Shown one piece after another: positions 37,588-48,367 of a DNA stretch of 54,189 nucleotides; the first letter of the stretch is position 1; each line of letters begins with the position of its first letter. The DNA lies in assembly GCA_011192005.1 (NCBI GenBank), contig DUFB01000068.1, forward strand, positions 1 through 54,189, given 5' to 3'. The notes under the pieces are model-generated. The model was not told the DNA's origin. It worked only from the letters and a program-made list of their open reading frames with translations, and searched no databases. A program made the position numbers and the translations under genes. This stretch comes from Dehalococcoidia bacterium (GTDB taxonomy: Bacteria; Chloroflexota; Dehalococcoidia; Dehalococcoidales; RBG-16-60-22).

Positions 37588-38799
37588 TTATCTTACCTTA
37601 ACCCTGCCCCCGCATTTGGTACAGAGAACTTCGGGGTCAGGGAAGTTGGGGGGTATTTTCCACCTGGTCCCGCAGGAGCATTGCACAATACGGTAATCGT
37701 TCAGCTTCAGCATCACGTCCTCCACCTCTCTCTTACGGCTAATCTCCTCACGGGTCGACTTTTTCTCCTCGGGAGAAGCCTCCCGCAAGCCCACTGCACC
37801 GGCGGTATATTGCGTTGCCTGCGAGATAACACTTCTGCCCCCGGGGTGGACCTGACGGTAAGCCCGGTCATATTCAGCGAAAGAGGCACCGCCAGCCATG
37901 GAACGTAAGATGCGTATTCTCTCGGCTACGGGTGGATGGGTGCTGGTGGCGTTCGAAAGGCTCATGCCCTTCGTGCGAAAAGGATTGATAATATACATCG
38001 GTGCCGTGGCTTTGTTGGCGGTTTTAAGCTCTACCGTCGAGCCGGATATTTTTTCCAGAGCCGATGCCAGCCCCTCAGGATACCTGGTATACAACGCCGA
38101 AGAGGCGTCAGCCAGGTATTCCCTCTTCCTCGAAATGGCATAATATATCAACTGCGCCAGGATGGGGGCCAGAATCATGAAGACGATACCAACGATCAAG
38201 ATAATCAATTGTGCCTGACCGCCTCCGCCTCTGGCAGAACTGCGGGAGCGTCCCATGCTGCCGAAGATGAGCAATCTGGACACATACCATGCCAGTATCA
38301 CGATTGTCCCCAGCATGACGGCGGTGATAGCCATGAGCAGAACATCACGGTTTTTTATGTGCGCCAGCTCGTGGCCAATGACCCCCTGGAGCTCGTCACG
38401 GTTGAGCTTTTCCAGCAGTCCGGTGGTGATAGCCACCGAAGCTTTACTGGGGTCACGCCCGGTGGCGAATGCATTCATGGCTTTATCGTCGATGATATAG
38501 ACATCCGGCATCTTTTCCAGTCCCGAGGCTATTTTCATCTCCTCGACGACGTTATAGAGACGGGGATAATCATTGGGACCGATTTTCTTGGCTCTGGCCA
38601 AAGAAAGCAAGATATTATCGCCGCTGTAGAAAGCAATCAGGGTCATGATAAACCAGATAACCAGGGCAATAAATAATCCGGCAAGGCCGTTTTCAAATAT
38701 ATAAAATCCTAGAAAATAACCGATTGCCAGCAGCATTACCGCCATTACGGTTACCAGTATAATAGACCTGGTTCTATTAGCCCGAATTTGCTCCCACAT
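37588..38799 (-). CDS. htpX: M48 family zinc metalloprotease (HtpX-like) with C-terminal zinc ribbon
   Basis: NAFATG, HELAH, SRKREYLAD, STHPP; tail CSC...CTKC; follows lemA. Confidence 0.9.
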   Translation of the reverse strand: MWEQIRANRTRSIILVTVMAVMLLAIGYFLGFYIFENGLAGLFIALVIWFIMTLIAFYSGDNILLSLARAKKIGPNDYPRLYNVVEEMKIASGLEKMPDVYIIDDKAMNAFATGRDPSKASVAITTGLLEKLNRDELQGVIGHELAHIKNRDVLLMAITAVMLGTIVILAWYVSRLLIFGSMGRSRSSARGGGGQAQLIILIVGIVFMILAPILAQLIYYAISRKREYLADASSALYTRYPEGLASALEKISGSTVELKTANKATAPMYIINPFRTKGMSLSNATSTHPPVAERIRILRSMAGGASFAEYDRAYRQVHPGGRSVISQATQYTAGAVGLREASPEEKKSTREEISRKREVEDVMLKLNDYRIVQCSCGTRWKIPPNFPDPEVLCTKCGGRVKVR

Positions 38800-38817
38800 G
38801 ATTGCGCTGTCTCTCTT

Positions 38818-39384
38818 CTAGTTAAAACTTACTTTAGGCGCTTCTCTCTCCGCCGGCACCTCGACTTCAAAGAATTCACCGAGCTGGAAATTGAATAAGC
38901 TGGCCACGATGTTTGAAGGAACCACCTGAATCTTGTTGTTGAAACGCAATACGGAGTCGTTATAATACTGCCGTGAGAAGCTTATTTTATTCTCGGTTGA
39001 AGTAAGCTCCTCCTGTAACGCCAGGAAGTTCTGGTTAGCTTTGAGGTCGGGATAGTTTTCAGCAACAGCCAGCAGCCGACCCAGAGCCGCACCCAGTAAG
39101 CCCTCGGCCTTTCCCCGTTCTCCGGCTCCGGCCCCGGAGACCTGCTGCGCCATATTACGGGCATTGGTAACTGCTTCAAGAGTCTCCCGCTCATGCTTCA
39201 TATATCCCTTGACCGTCTCCATAAGGTTGGGGATAAGGTCGAAGCGTCTTTTAAGCTGAACGTCTATCTGCGCCCAGGCATTTTTCACCTCGTTGCGGAG
39301 CCTGACCAGACCGTTATAAAGGCCGACAACAATGAACAATAAAATTACTACGATGCCTATGATAATCCATACCCAGTAATCCAT
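38818..39384 (-). CDS. lemA: LemA family protein
   Basis: N-terminal [35 protein letters not shown]. Confidence 0.95.
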   Translation of the reverse strand: MDYWVWIIIGIVVILLFIVVGLYNGLVRLRNEVKNAWAQIDVQLKRRFDLIPNLMETVKGYMKHERETLEAVTNARNMAQQVSGAGAGERGKAEGLLGAALGRLLAVAENYPDLKANQNFLALQEELTSTENKISFSRQYYNDSVLRFNNKIQVVPSNIVASLFNFQLGEFFEVEVPAEREAPKVSFN

Positions 39385-39448
39385 AAGATACCTCCCTATT
39401 TCTATATTATCACAGAATTATTCAGCTATTGTTAACCGGGTTATGCAG

Positions 39449-39859
39449 TCAATACTTGAAAACATCACCGAGAAAACCCATCACCTCTTCCCGGGAGCCA
39501 GCTTTCTCCGACCTGCCAGAGACAAGCTTTATCAGGTGCGCCACCTCGCCACCATCGAACCATATACCGTGCTCTTTCTTACAGATGTCCACGAGCAGTT
39601 TATTATCCTCATCTATATAGGATTTTTTCATCTTCTTATTACAGATAGGGCATCTCCGCTTCTTTTCCGGCGAACTCGCTTCCTCTGAATCGATTATCCG
39701 CTCCAAAAAGACTCCGTAGTTTTCCATCCCGGCAGCTTCCAGCAGCATCTCCAGTTCGCCCGAATCAAACCAGACACCCCTGCAACTGGTACAGTAGTCA
39801 AGCTCTATATTCTCATGTTCGACAATTACCATGGCGTGTTTACAGGCGGGACATATCAT
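39449..39859 (-). CDS. Double zf-TFIIB-type zinc-ribbon protein
   Basis: CPAC..DYCTSCRGVWFDSGEL and CPIC..DICKKEHGIWFDGGE. Start reassigned to MICPAC. Confidence 0.85.
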   Translation of the reverse strand: MICPACKHAMVIVEHENIELDYCTSCRGVWFDSGELEMLLEAAGMENYGVFLERIIDSEEASSPEKKRRCPICNKKMKKSYIDEDNKLLVDICKKEHGIWFDGGEVAHLIKLVSGRSEKAGSREEVMGFLGDVFKY

Positions 39860-40032
39860 ACAGTCGTTACCCCATCTGAACAAGAATAATAATTAATTCT
39901 AGCTAGGTATAAATGGGTTGTCAAGGATTTCATTCAGGTGTGCTGTTGGGGCAAGACTAAGTAGAGAGGAGGGTTTTATCAATGAATGAAGCAACTAAAT
40001 CACACTTTGCTTCATGCCTTAAGATGATACAA

Positions 40033-41082
40033 TCACTTTATTGATACCCTCGACTTTACAGCTACCCTTTTACGATTGGGTACAGCCACCGGGGAGCCGC
40101 TGGCTATGCTGAAGAAGGCATTCACCACCACAGGGTCAAACATGTGACGTGACTGCTTTTTTAGCTCGTCAATGGCTACGTTGGGTTTCATGGCTTTACG
40201 ATAGGGACGGTCGGAGGTCATGGCATCATAAATATCCGCTACGGCTAAAATCCTAGCGCCCAGAGGTATACGCTGCCTGGCTAGTCCATCGGGGTAGCCG
40301 GTGCCGTTATACCTTTCATGATGATGCCTGACTATTTTCAATATTTCTTCATCGTTTATTGCCGGTCTCAGTATATGTTCGCCGATGACGCTGTGGGCCA
40401 TGATATGTGAATATTCCTCATCCGTAAGCGGTTCTTTTTTCATGAGGATAGATTCCTTTATTCCTATCTTCCCGATATCATGTACCAGACCGGCCAGCGT
40501 GACTTTTTCAGTATAGCTCTGCTTCAGTCCGAGTCTCCGGCATATCAACAGGGCTATCTTGGATACTCTCTGGGAATGACCGCTGGTGTATTTATCTCTT
40601 GCCTCCAGGGCAAAAGCCAGCGACGTAATGGAGTTGAGGAAGGCTTCGTGGATTTTCTCGGTCTGCTCTTTGACCTTGTCTTCAAGGTGAAGCCGGTACT
40701 CTTTATTTTCCAGCACCAGCTTCCGGCGGTCCAGTGCCTTGCGTACCCTGATGGGTAGTTCGCTCAAGTTCACGGGCTTGATGATGTAATCACAGGCCCC
40801 CATTTTCATCGTCTCAATTACTGTTCCGGCATCGTCCCGCGAGGTGACCATTATCACCGAGGTATCCGGATATATGGCGAGGATTTCACGTAATACCTCT
40901 ATCCCGGACTTTCCGGGCATAGAGACATCAAGCAGCACAAGGTCATACTCAAATTCGGATATGGCTTCCAGCGCACTATCACCATCAGGAACCTCCCGGC
41001 ATTTGTACCCCTCGCTGACAAGCTTGCGGTAAACGATCTTCCTGATGGAAGCCAGGTCATCCACTATTAAGATATGTTCCAT
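40033..41082 (-). CDS. Response regulator with HD-GYP phosphodiesterase domain
   Basis: REC (ILIVDD, LLDVSMP, KP) plus HSQRV, HDIGK, HHERYNGTGYP, ADIYDAM..RPY. Confidence 0.95.
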   Translation of the reverse strand: MEHILIVDDLASIRKIVYRKLVSEGYKCREVPDGDSALEAISEFEYDLVLLDVSMPGKSGIEVLREILAIYPDTSVIMVTSRDDAGTVIETMKMGACDYIIKPVNLSELPIRVRKALDRRKLVLENKEYRLHLEDKVKEQTEKIHEAFLNSITSLAFALEARDKYTSGHSQRVSKIALLICRRLGLKQSYTEKVTLAGLVHDIGKIGIKESILMKKEPLTDEEYSHIMAHSVIGEHILRPAINDEEILKIVRHHHERYNGTGYPDGLARQRIPLGARILAVADIYDAMTSDRPYRKAMKPNVAIDELKKQSRHMFDPVVVNAFFSIASGSPVAVPNRKRVAVKSRVSIK

Positions 41083-41125
41083 ATGGGTCTCTTTACCTTT
41101 TTAATACACCAACGGTAGATGGACA

Positions 41126-41554
41126 TCATGCCAGAGTGGATATCTCAGAAAACCAGATGACATTCTTCACCGACCTGACCAAGTCATCGGCGGAAATGGG
41201 TTTTTGCAGAAAGTCGTCAGCGCCACATTCGAATGCCATGTTTATTTCCTGCAGTCCGACCGTAGAAGCACCTTCCTTCGATTCTATATTTTCCTCAGAA
41301 CAGAGGAATATTATGGGTATGTTATTCGTATCAGGGTGCTGCCTTAATACCCGACCGATCTCATAGCCATCAATATCGGGCACAAGAATGTCGAGAATAA
41401 TAGCGTCCGGTTTTTCTTCTTTGGCTTTATCAAATCCATCAATCACGTTTATAGCGGTGATAACCTCATAATCCTGGTCCTGTAAAATCCGTTCAGTAGC
41501 CGAAGCCAGAACCCGGCTGTCATCAATAACGAGAATGCGTTTCCTACTTGCCAT
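41126..41554 (-). CDS. Single-domain response regulator
   Basis: ILVIDD, PDAIILD, FLQKP. Confidence 0.9.
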   Translation of the reverse strand: MASRKRILVIDDSRVLASATERILQDQDYEVITAINVIDGFDKAKEEKPDAIILDILVPDIDGYEIGRVLRQHPDTNNIPIIFLCSEENIESKEGASTVGLQEINMAFECGADDFLQKPISADDLVRSVKNVIWFSEISTLA

Positions 41555-41575
41555 GTAAAATACCTTTCTAAAATA

Positions 41576-44500
41576 TTAAATTTCCACCGTTTGAGAATAA
41601 TAATCCGCAAAACGTTTCAGCTCATGTTCCAGTTCGTCAGCCAGTTTTAGGGCACCTCCGAGTTTTCCGCTACGTCCCGTCTCTTCGAGGCGCAGGGCAA
41701 TATCGCCGAGGACAGTGCCGCCCAGACTTCGTGCCGCACCCTTAATCGAGTGTGCCGCTGCCCTAACAGCGTCGGCATCGCCCTTCTCAATCCCTTCCCG
41801 TAACAACTTCAATTGTTGTGGATAGTCCTCATTCAGGAATAGATAAACGGCTTCCCTTAAAAGCTCTTCATCGTCACCGAATATCTGTCTGGCAGCTTCA
41901 ATATCTACGGCTTTAGCGTCCTCAACCTGAGGTTCCGGTAATGACTTTGAAGTACCAGCCGGTTTTACTTTAACCGGTTTTTTCTTGCCAGCGAATAAAC
42001 TGGCTACTATGTCGTTTATTTCTTCAGATTTGGCGGGTTTGGAAAGGTAGCCGTCCATTCCCGCCGCAAGGCATCTATCTTTATCCTCTTTCATGGCATA
42101 AGCAGTCATGGCAATAATCGGGATGTGCCTGCCGGAGGCTCTTTCATTCTTTCGTATCAGGCGTGTAGCTTCAAGTCCGCTCAAAATGGGCATTTCAGCG
42201 TCCATCAACACAAGGTCGTAATCACCCTTTTCCGTCATTTTCACTGCTTCCGAGCCGTTTTGCGCTATTTCCACGTGATGCCCCATTTTCTCAAGGGTCT
42301 TCCTAGCAATTAGCTGAGAAGTGGGATTATCTTCAGCCACCAATATATTTAAAGCTGGAATACGGGCCTGTTTATCAGCAGTCTTCTTCACGCTTTCTTT
42401 TGACCCGGGTTCCTTACCCATTGCGGTGAGTAGGGCTCTTTGCAACTCAGATTCTCTGATTGGTTTGATAACGTAGTTGGAGATTCCCAATTTCTGGCAA
42501 CGGGAGAAATCATCGCTGACACTGTGGGGCGGCAACATCATAATTATCTCCGATGGCATAGTAGAGCCATTCAGCATCTGCTCGGCTAGGGCAAAACCAT
42601 CCATGCCATCCATGGTCTTGTCCAGCATAATTATGCGGTACGATGCGGACTTTAACCCGGCATTTTCCATTTCTTTTACTGCTGCCGAACCATCGCTCAC
42701 ATCCGTTACGTCGAATCCCCATCTCGTAAGAATATCTTTCACCATCAGACGGTTGGTATCGTTATCATCAACCAGGAGCAGCGGCAGACCCTTAACCTCA
42801 ATCAAATTTTTCAATCCATTACCGGAATGCTTGCCATTTGTCTGTTTGGTAAACTTGCCCGTGAAATGGAAGATGCTACCCTTTTTGGGGCCTTTTTCAA
42901 CCCAGATACGCCCTCCCATCTGATCAATAAGATGACGGGAAATAGTCAAGCCCAGACCGGTACCACCGTACTTGCGGTTGATTGAACCGTCAGCCTGCTG
43001 GAATGGTTCGAAAATCATATCGAATTTGCTTTTAGGTATCCCGATACCGGTATCGCGGACGGTGAAATGCAGTTCCGTTTCTTTTTTACCGTCAGCTATC
43101 GGCTCTACGTATAACGCCACCTCACCCTTTTCGGTGAATTTAATGGAGTTCCCAATGAGATTAATCAATACCTGGCGGAGATGCCTGGGGTCGCCGACCA
43201 AATCCGTAGTCACTCCGCCCAGAAGATGGCAGGTGAGTTCCAGACCCTTATTGTGGGCAGTTACCGCCATTGAGTCCAGAGTGTCCTCGATGGTTGTCCG
43301 GAGGTTGAATCCTTCACGTTCCGGTTCCAGTTGACCTGCCTCTATCTTTGACAGGTCAAGAATATCGTTAATGATATTCAGTAATGCTTCCGCCGATGAT
43401 ATCGCCATCTTCAGGTACTGGCGCTGGTCATGTTCCAGCTTACTATCCAGCACCAGATTAATCGTACCCAAAACTCCATGAATGGGCGTGCGGATTTCAT
43501 GGCTGGTACGCGCCAGGAATTCACTTTTTGCCCGGTTGGCTGTCTCGGCTTCATCCTTGGCTGCCAGTAAGGCCACCTCGGCTTTCTGGCGTTCCTTCAA
43601 CTCGTGCTGGAGTCTCTTATTTAATTCGGTCAACTCCGCGGTTCTTTCTCGCACCAGTTCTTCAAGATGGTCACGGTGCACTCTTAATTCATTTTCCATC
43701 TGTTTGCGCTCGGTGATATCAAGCCAGTTTGACAGGCTATATACAAATTTACCTTTACGTTTCACCGGAGCGGAGGTAACCTCAACCCAGAACTTCTCAC
43801 CGTTCTTCTTTTGAAAGAGCCTCTCCTTACCGCGTACTCCTTTTAGAATGGAATCTTGATACTTACCGGTATTTTCTAGATCCGGCTCGTCAGTCCACCA
43901 GGGCATGGGAGGTTTTTTACCCACGACTTCAGCCGAGGAAAATCCCGTCAATTTTTCAAACGCAGGATTTACATATCTCAACGAAGTATCCCCATTAATC
44001 ACCAGTATCGGAATAGCCGAGTTTCTCATCATGCTCGAACTGAATTCTTCACTTTCTCTTAATGCCGCTTCAGCCCGTTTTTGCTCCGTGATGTCCATGT
44101 TAATCGATATGTTACACGGTTCGTCGCCAATATCTATGAGTTCGGCAAAGAACAACCAGGTACGTATTTCACCTGACTTTACCCTGAAGTTATATTCATG
44201 ATTGCGTATTCTACCGTCTCTCTTAAGCGTACGGAGCATTTTTCTCCGGTCTTTAATGTTCGCCCAGATATTGAGATTCTCAGCGGTATTACCAATTACC
44301 TCTTCCCTCGTATAGCCGGTAAGTTTGATGAAACCATCATTAACATCAACAAATCTACCTTCCTTGATAGTAGTAATCACAATTGCACTGGGACTGGAAC
44401 GGAAGGCTTTAGAAAATTTCTCCTCGGATTCCTTCAAGGCTTCATCCATTTTCTTGCGTTCGGTAATATCCGTGGAGCTTATCAAACAATATTGAAGTTC

Positions 44501-46372
44501 ATCATCATGTTTCACACCAACCCAGTTGAGGTCCAACCAGTAGAATTCTCCATTCTTTTTTCGGGCAATGGTTTCAACGTTCCCGGTGTCCATCTGAATG
44601 GCCTCTTTATACTGTTCTATTGCCTCCTCGGTATTTAGTTCATCCGTCCACCAGGGATAAGGAGCTTTTATGCCGATAATCTCGTCAAGAGTCCAACCGT
44701 TTACTTCCTCAAACTTGGGATTTGCATACCGTACAGAGGTGTCCGGGTTAACGACGAGGATTTGATGCGGGGCTTGCTCCAGCAGGCTGTTATTGAATTC
44801 CTGACTCGCTTTGAGGTCTTCCTCGGCCTTCTTTCGCTCGGTGATATCCGTGGTCACCGCTATCATGCACTCCTCACCGAATATTGTGATCGACTCGGCA
44901 GAGAACAGCAAAGTGCGTATCTCGCCCGATTTAGTGCGGAGGCGGTACTCCTGATTATCCACCCTCCCCGTTTCTCTCATGCTGTTCACTATCTTATCGC
45001 GGTCATCATAGCTAACCCAGATATTAAGGTCCTCGGCACTATGTCCCATTACTTCATCACGGGTATATCCGGTAATGATCATGAAGCTGTCATTCACCTC
45101 AATGAACCTGTGGTCTTTTCGTGAACTGATTGCCATCGGGTGCGGACTGGAGCGGAAAGCAACCGAAAACTTCTTTTCAGATTCCCGGATTGCCGCTTCA
45201 GCCTGTTTACGACTGGTAATATCGCGGAAAATACCCTGCATGGTCGGTCTGCCATCCAATTCAACCAGGCTGGCCGAGATATCAACCGGGACCTGGGTAC
45301 CATCGGTGCGCTGCACCACCATATCCTCGCTTAATGTATTACCCTTCTCTATATGTTCGCGGAACAGTTCTTTATATTTATCCGCCATTTCCTCAGGGTG
45401 TATCTGCGATTGGTGCATGCCAATTATTTTTTCTTTTGGTTGTCCCAACAACTCGCACCCGGCCTGATTGACATCGATTAATAAACCATTTTCAACATCG
45501 GCTAGGAGGATGGCATCTTTGGCGTTCTCGAAGAGAACTCTGAACTTCTCCTCGGACTTTTGCAGGGCGGCCTCGGCCCTTTTACGCTCGTTAATTTCGG
45601 CATTGAGATTATCAACTGAGGTCATGGTCTTTGTTAAACCTTCGGTCATCTGGTCGAAAGCCCGTGAGAGCTGGCCAATCTCGTCGTTGGCTTTGGTCCC
45701 TACTTTAAAATCAAGATTGCCCCTGGCTATCATCTCCGTGCCCTTACGCAGCTTATGTAACGGTTTAATAATCGACCGCGTTGTCAGGATAGCGGCAACC
45801 AGACCTATCAACGTAATTAAGGCAACACTGATAAGAATAGAATGTAGACCAGTGGTATAGGTGTTACTGAAATCAGCTTTAGCTATAGCCAATTCCTGAC
45901 TGATATATGATTTCTGAATACTCGCGGCCCGCTGGAGCGAAAGTAGCGCCGGAAGTCCCACTATCTGATCCATGACCATAAGGTCTTCAAGAGTAGCGCC
46001 GTTATCTTTGGTAGAAATTATACTGGTGGTAGCGATTTCATACTGGTCAATCGCGGCATATAATCCCTGAATAATGTCATCATCATACGACGGATTAGCT
46101 TCTTCCATGCTGGCCAGACGGTCCAAAAGAGACAGGGTATTTAGTTTGGTTTCCTCCGAGCCATGAAGTATATAATCGAGGGTGCCCCGGTATGTCTCAT
46201 TGGCTAATCTTTCAATGTTGGTGATAAACAGGGTGTCCGAGATAATCTTCTCTTCAACATTGAGAAATTGTTCGTTAAGATTTCGGTAACTCACACTGGT
46301 AAAAAAGGCTATCAACCAGAGGAGAACAACGATAATAGAGAAACCGATTATCAGCTTGGTTCTGACGTTCAT
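41576..46372 (-). CDS. Hybrid sensor histidine kinase (TM-HAMP-5xPAS-HisKA-HATPase-REC-REC-HPt)
   Basis: HAMP DEIGQL, five PAS/PAC repeats ending DIT, SHEIRTP, NSIKFT, DTGIG, GGTGLG, two REC domains, AHSIKG HPt. Confidence 0.95.
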   Translation of the reverse strand: MNVRTKLIIGFSIIVVLLWLIAFFTSVSYRNLNEQFLNVEEKIISDTLFITNIERLANETYRGTLDYILHGSEETKLNTLSLLDRLASMEEANPSYDDDIIQGLYAAIDQYEIATTSIISTKDNGATLEDLMVMDQIVGLPALLSLQRAASIQKSYISQELAIAKADFSNTYTTGLHSILISVALITLIGLVAAILTTRSIIKPLHKLRKGTEMIARGNLDFKVGTKANDEIGQLSRAFDQMTEGLTKTMTSVDNLNAEINERKRAEAALQKSEEKFRVLFENAKDAILLADVENGLLIDVNQAGCELLGQPKEKIIGMHQSQIHPEEMADKYKELFREHIEKGNTLSEDMVVQRTDGTQVPVDISASLVELDGRPTMQGIFRDITSRKQAEAAIRESEKKFSVAFRSSPHPMAISSRKDHRFIEVNDSFMIITGYTRDEVMGHSAEDLNIWVSYDDRDKIVNSMRETGRVDNQEYRLRTKSGEIRTLLFSAESITIFGEECMIAVTTDITERKKAEEDLKASQEFNNSLLEQAPHQILVVNPDTSVRYANPKFEEVNGWTLDEIIGIKAPYPWWTDELNTEEAIEQYKEAIQMDTGNVETIARKKNGEFYWLDLNWVGVKHDDELQYCLISSTDITERKKMDEALKESEEKFSKAFRSSPSAIVITTIKEGRFVDVNDGFIKLTGYTREEVIGNTAENLNIWANIKDRRKMLRTLKRDGRIRNHEYNFRVKSGEIRTWLFFAELIDIGDEPCNISINMDITEQKRAEAALRESEEFSSSMMRNSAIPILVINGDTSLRYVNPAFEKLTGFSSAEVVGKKPPMPWWTDEPDLENTGKYQDSILKGVRGKERLFQKKNGEKFWVEVTSAPVKRKGKFVYSLSNWLDITERKQMENELRVHRDHLEELVRERTAELTELNKRLQHELKERQKAEVALLAAKDEAETANRAKSEFLARTSHEIRTPIHGVLGTINLVLDSKLEHDQRQYLKMAISSAEALLNIINDILDLSKIEAGQLEPEREGFNLRTTIEDTLDSMAVTAHNKGLELTCHLLGGVTTDLVGDPRHLRQVLINLIGNSIKFTEKGEVALYVEPIADGKKETELHFTVRDTGIGIPKSKFDMIFEPFQQADGSINRKYGGTGLGLTISRHLIDQMGGRIWVEKGPKKGSIFHFTGKFTKQTNGKHSGNGLKNLIEVKGLPLLLVDDNDTNRLMVKDILTRWGFDVTDVSDGSAAVKEMENAGLKSASYRIIMLDKTMDGMDGFALAEQMLNGSTMPSEIIMMLPPHSVSDDFSRCQKLGISNYVIKPIRESELQRALLTAMGKEPGSKESVKKTADKQARIPALNILVAEDNPTSQLIARKTLEKMGHHVEIAQNGSEAVKMTEKGDYDLVLMDAEMPILSGLEATRLIRKNERASGRHIPIIAMTAYAMKEDKDRCLAAGMDGYLSKPAKSEEINDIVASLFAGKKKPVKVKPAGTSKSLPEPQVEDAKAVDIEAARQIFGDDEELLREAVYLFLNEDYPQQLKLLREGIEKGDADAVRAAAHSIKGAARSLGGTVLGDIALRLEETGRSGKLGGALKLADELEHELKRFADYYSQTVEI

Positions 46373-46844
46373 TTTCCTACTACATCCCTAAATTTACAGC
46401 CCACTCCTTTTACTCAATGCCCCCGCTTTTCCCGCTAATTGTATACAGGCAGAAGTACATTGCATCAGCCTTCAGAAAGCATAAAAAAATACAGGTTACT
46501 TTCCGTACCCTGACACCGTCGGTCTGTTATTGAGTTGAAGCGCCTGTAATATTCCGCCGGTAATTATATTGGCAAGCGTCGCCTTTAGATACCGCTATGA
46601 TACTACTGACAACCGGAGAACATCTCAATAAAGTCGACGCCCAAATTACGTGGGGGGCAGCACGTAGTTTTTGGTGTAAACGCGTGCTACGTTCGGGAAA
46701 AATCCCCTATTTTTTAGTAAATACGGAAACAATAAGGCAAAAATTAGCTAAAGGATTTTGATAAGAACATCCATCAGAACCGGCAAAACACCAGACTGGC
46801 CGCGAGGGTAATTATTTGTAACTATATAAACCCGACGGGCAGGA

Positions 46845-48092
46845 CTACCCGTAAACACCGTATTCTTTGGTGAATTCGATCATTGCCTTCAGGTTTTCCG
46901 GCTTTACCTCATCGGTGGAGCTCCGCGGTGACAGGATGTACCCGCCGCCTTTACCCACCACGTCGATGAGTTTCTTACAGTGGTCTTTGACGTCCTGAAC
47001 ACTTCCCATCTGCAATAGCGATGACGGTACGTTACCCTCGATGCAGATGTGGTCTCTCAGGACCTCTTTGGCTCTAAATATGTCCGTCGTATCAAAGCGA
47101 GCCAGTATCGAGCCCTTGGGAAACTCAAGTAAATATTCGAGTCGGGAAGTAAATTTTCCCTCGAAGAAGATACATGGCGTCATCCCCCGCTCTACCAACG
47201 CCAGAACAAGCTTCTTAAAGGTAGGCCAGTAGAAAGTATCGAACTGCTTCTTCGACAGGAAGTCATCGGAGCCCCTCGTGTTGGTCATGAATATCCGAGT
47301 ATTGCCGTATTCGTTGGGCGGTGGCGTCGGCCTTTCAAGCGTTTGCTTAAGGATGAATTCACACAGTTCAATGAGTTTATCGGGCTGGCGGAACATATCG
47401 AACATGGTACCGCTCATCCCGCGCAGGGAGTGTGAAATGACGTCATAAGGCGGCATGGCGGCACCCTGCAAAAACTGGGGGAAACCCATATCGAGTACCA
47501 TTTGATTGAATTTATCAATCTTGGTACGCCACTTCCTCATCTCACGACCGGCTTTCTGGAGAGTGCTGATCGCCTTTACCAGCTTCGGCTCGGCAAAAGC
47601 CATCGCAAGCATCTGTATGCCAAAAGGACCACCCCCAAGGTCGGATAGTTTCGGTAACAGTGCCAGGCCTGCCATCTTATCACTGGTGCGGGACATAAAC
47701 ACCCGCAGCATGAAGTCAGACGGGTCATCCATATACCGGTCAAACTCATCTGCCTTCAGATTATCGATTTCTATAGCCTGGTGTCCCTGGTTTGGTTCTA
47801 CGCCGTAACCCGGCCATCTCATCGTTTTCGGCTCAAGTATTTCCAGCGCCTTACCCGGCGTAAAACCCTGCTGGTACACCATATCCGGTTGAAAGTCCCG
47901 AAGCGTCTTTTCATAAGCCGCATACCAGGCATCGTAGTCGTAATAGGCAGCGGAGCAGGGAATGCCAGCGTATTTGGCGGCAAAGTAGCCGATAGCACTG
48001 ATAACGGGTACCCTGTCCGGTATCCTCATCCTGATGGCATCCATCACCCTTTTTTCTCTTTCCTGACGCAGTTGCGCTGCGGTCTTATCCAT
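46845..48092 (-). CDS. Uroporphyrinogen decarboxylase / MtaA-CmuA methyltransferase superfamily protein
   Basis: PDRVPV, LRGM..MFDMFRQP, FYWPTFKK, CIEGNVP, GGGYIL. Start reassigned to MDKTAAQ. Confidence 0.85.
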   Translation of the reverse strand: MDKTAAQLRQEREKRVMDAIRMRIPDRVPVISAIGYFAAKYAGIPCSAAYYDYDAWYAAYEKTLRDFQPDMVYQQGFTPGKALEILEPKTMRWPGYGVEPNQGHQAIEIDNLKADEFDRYMDDPSDFMLRVFMSRTSDKMAGLALLPKLSDLGGGPFGIQMLAMAFAEPKLVKAISTLQKAGREMRKWRTKIDKFNQMVLDMGFPQFLQGAAMPPYDVISHSLRGMSGTMFDMFRQPDKLIELCEFILKQTLERPTPPPNEYGNTRIFMTNTRGSDDFLSKKQFDTFYWPTFKKLVLALVERGMTPCIFFEGKFTSRLEYLLEFPKGSILARFDTTDIFRAKEVLRDHICIEGNVPSSLLQMGSVQDVKDHCKKLIDVVGKGGGYILSPRSSTDEVKPENLKAMIEFTKEYGVYG

Positions 48093-48367
48093 TATCAGCT
48101 CCTTAAATAATTGACAATTTTTGAAAACTCTAAAATGGTAATCGGTTGAGCATACAGCTTGAAATAAGCCAATCCTACTGTTCGAATAGTGAATAATAAC
48201 CGGATTAGGTTGAAATACCCAACTCCTTGGAATTATAGCAGTTAGCAGACGCAATTACCAAGTAAACCAGACTAGTAGAAACGGCGAAAACGATATATCA
48301 ATACATCTCTATTCTGTGGTATACTGGAGACCGAAAAATCCCATCTCAATTTAAGGAGACTAACGTC

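Noticed and set aside
46373-46844. Possible c-di-GMP riboswitch upstream of the kinase
   Set aside because: No recognisable GEMM consensus on the coding strand.
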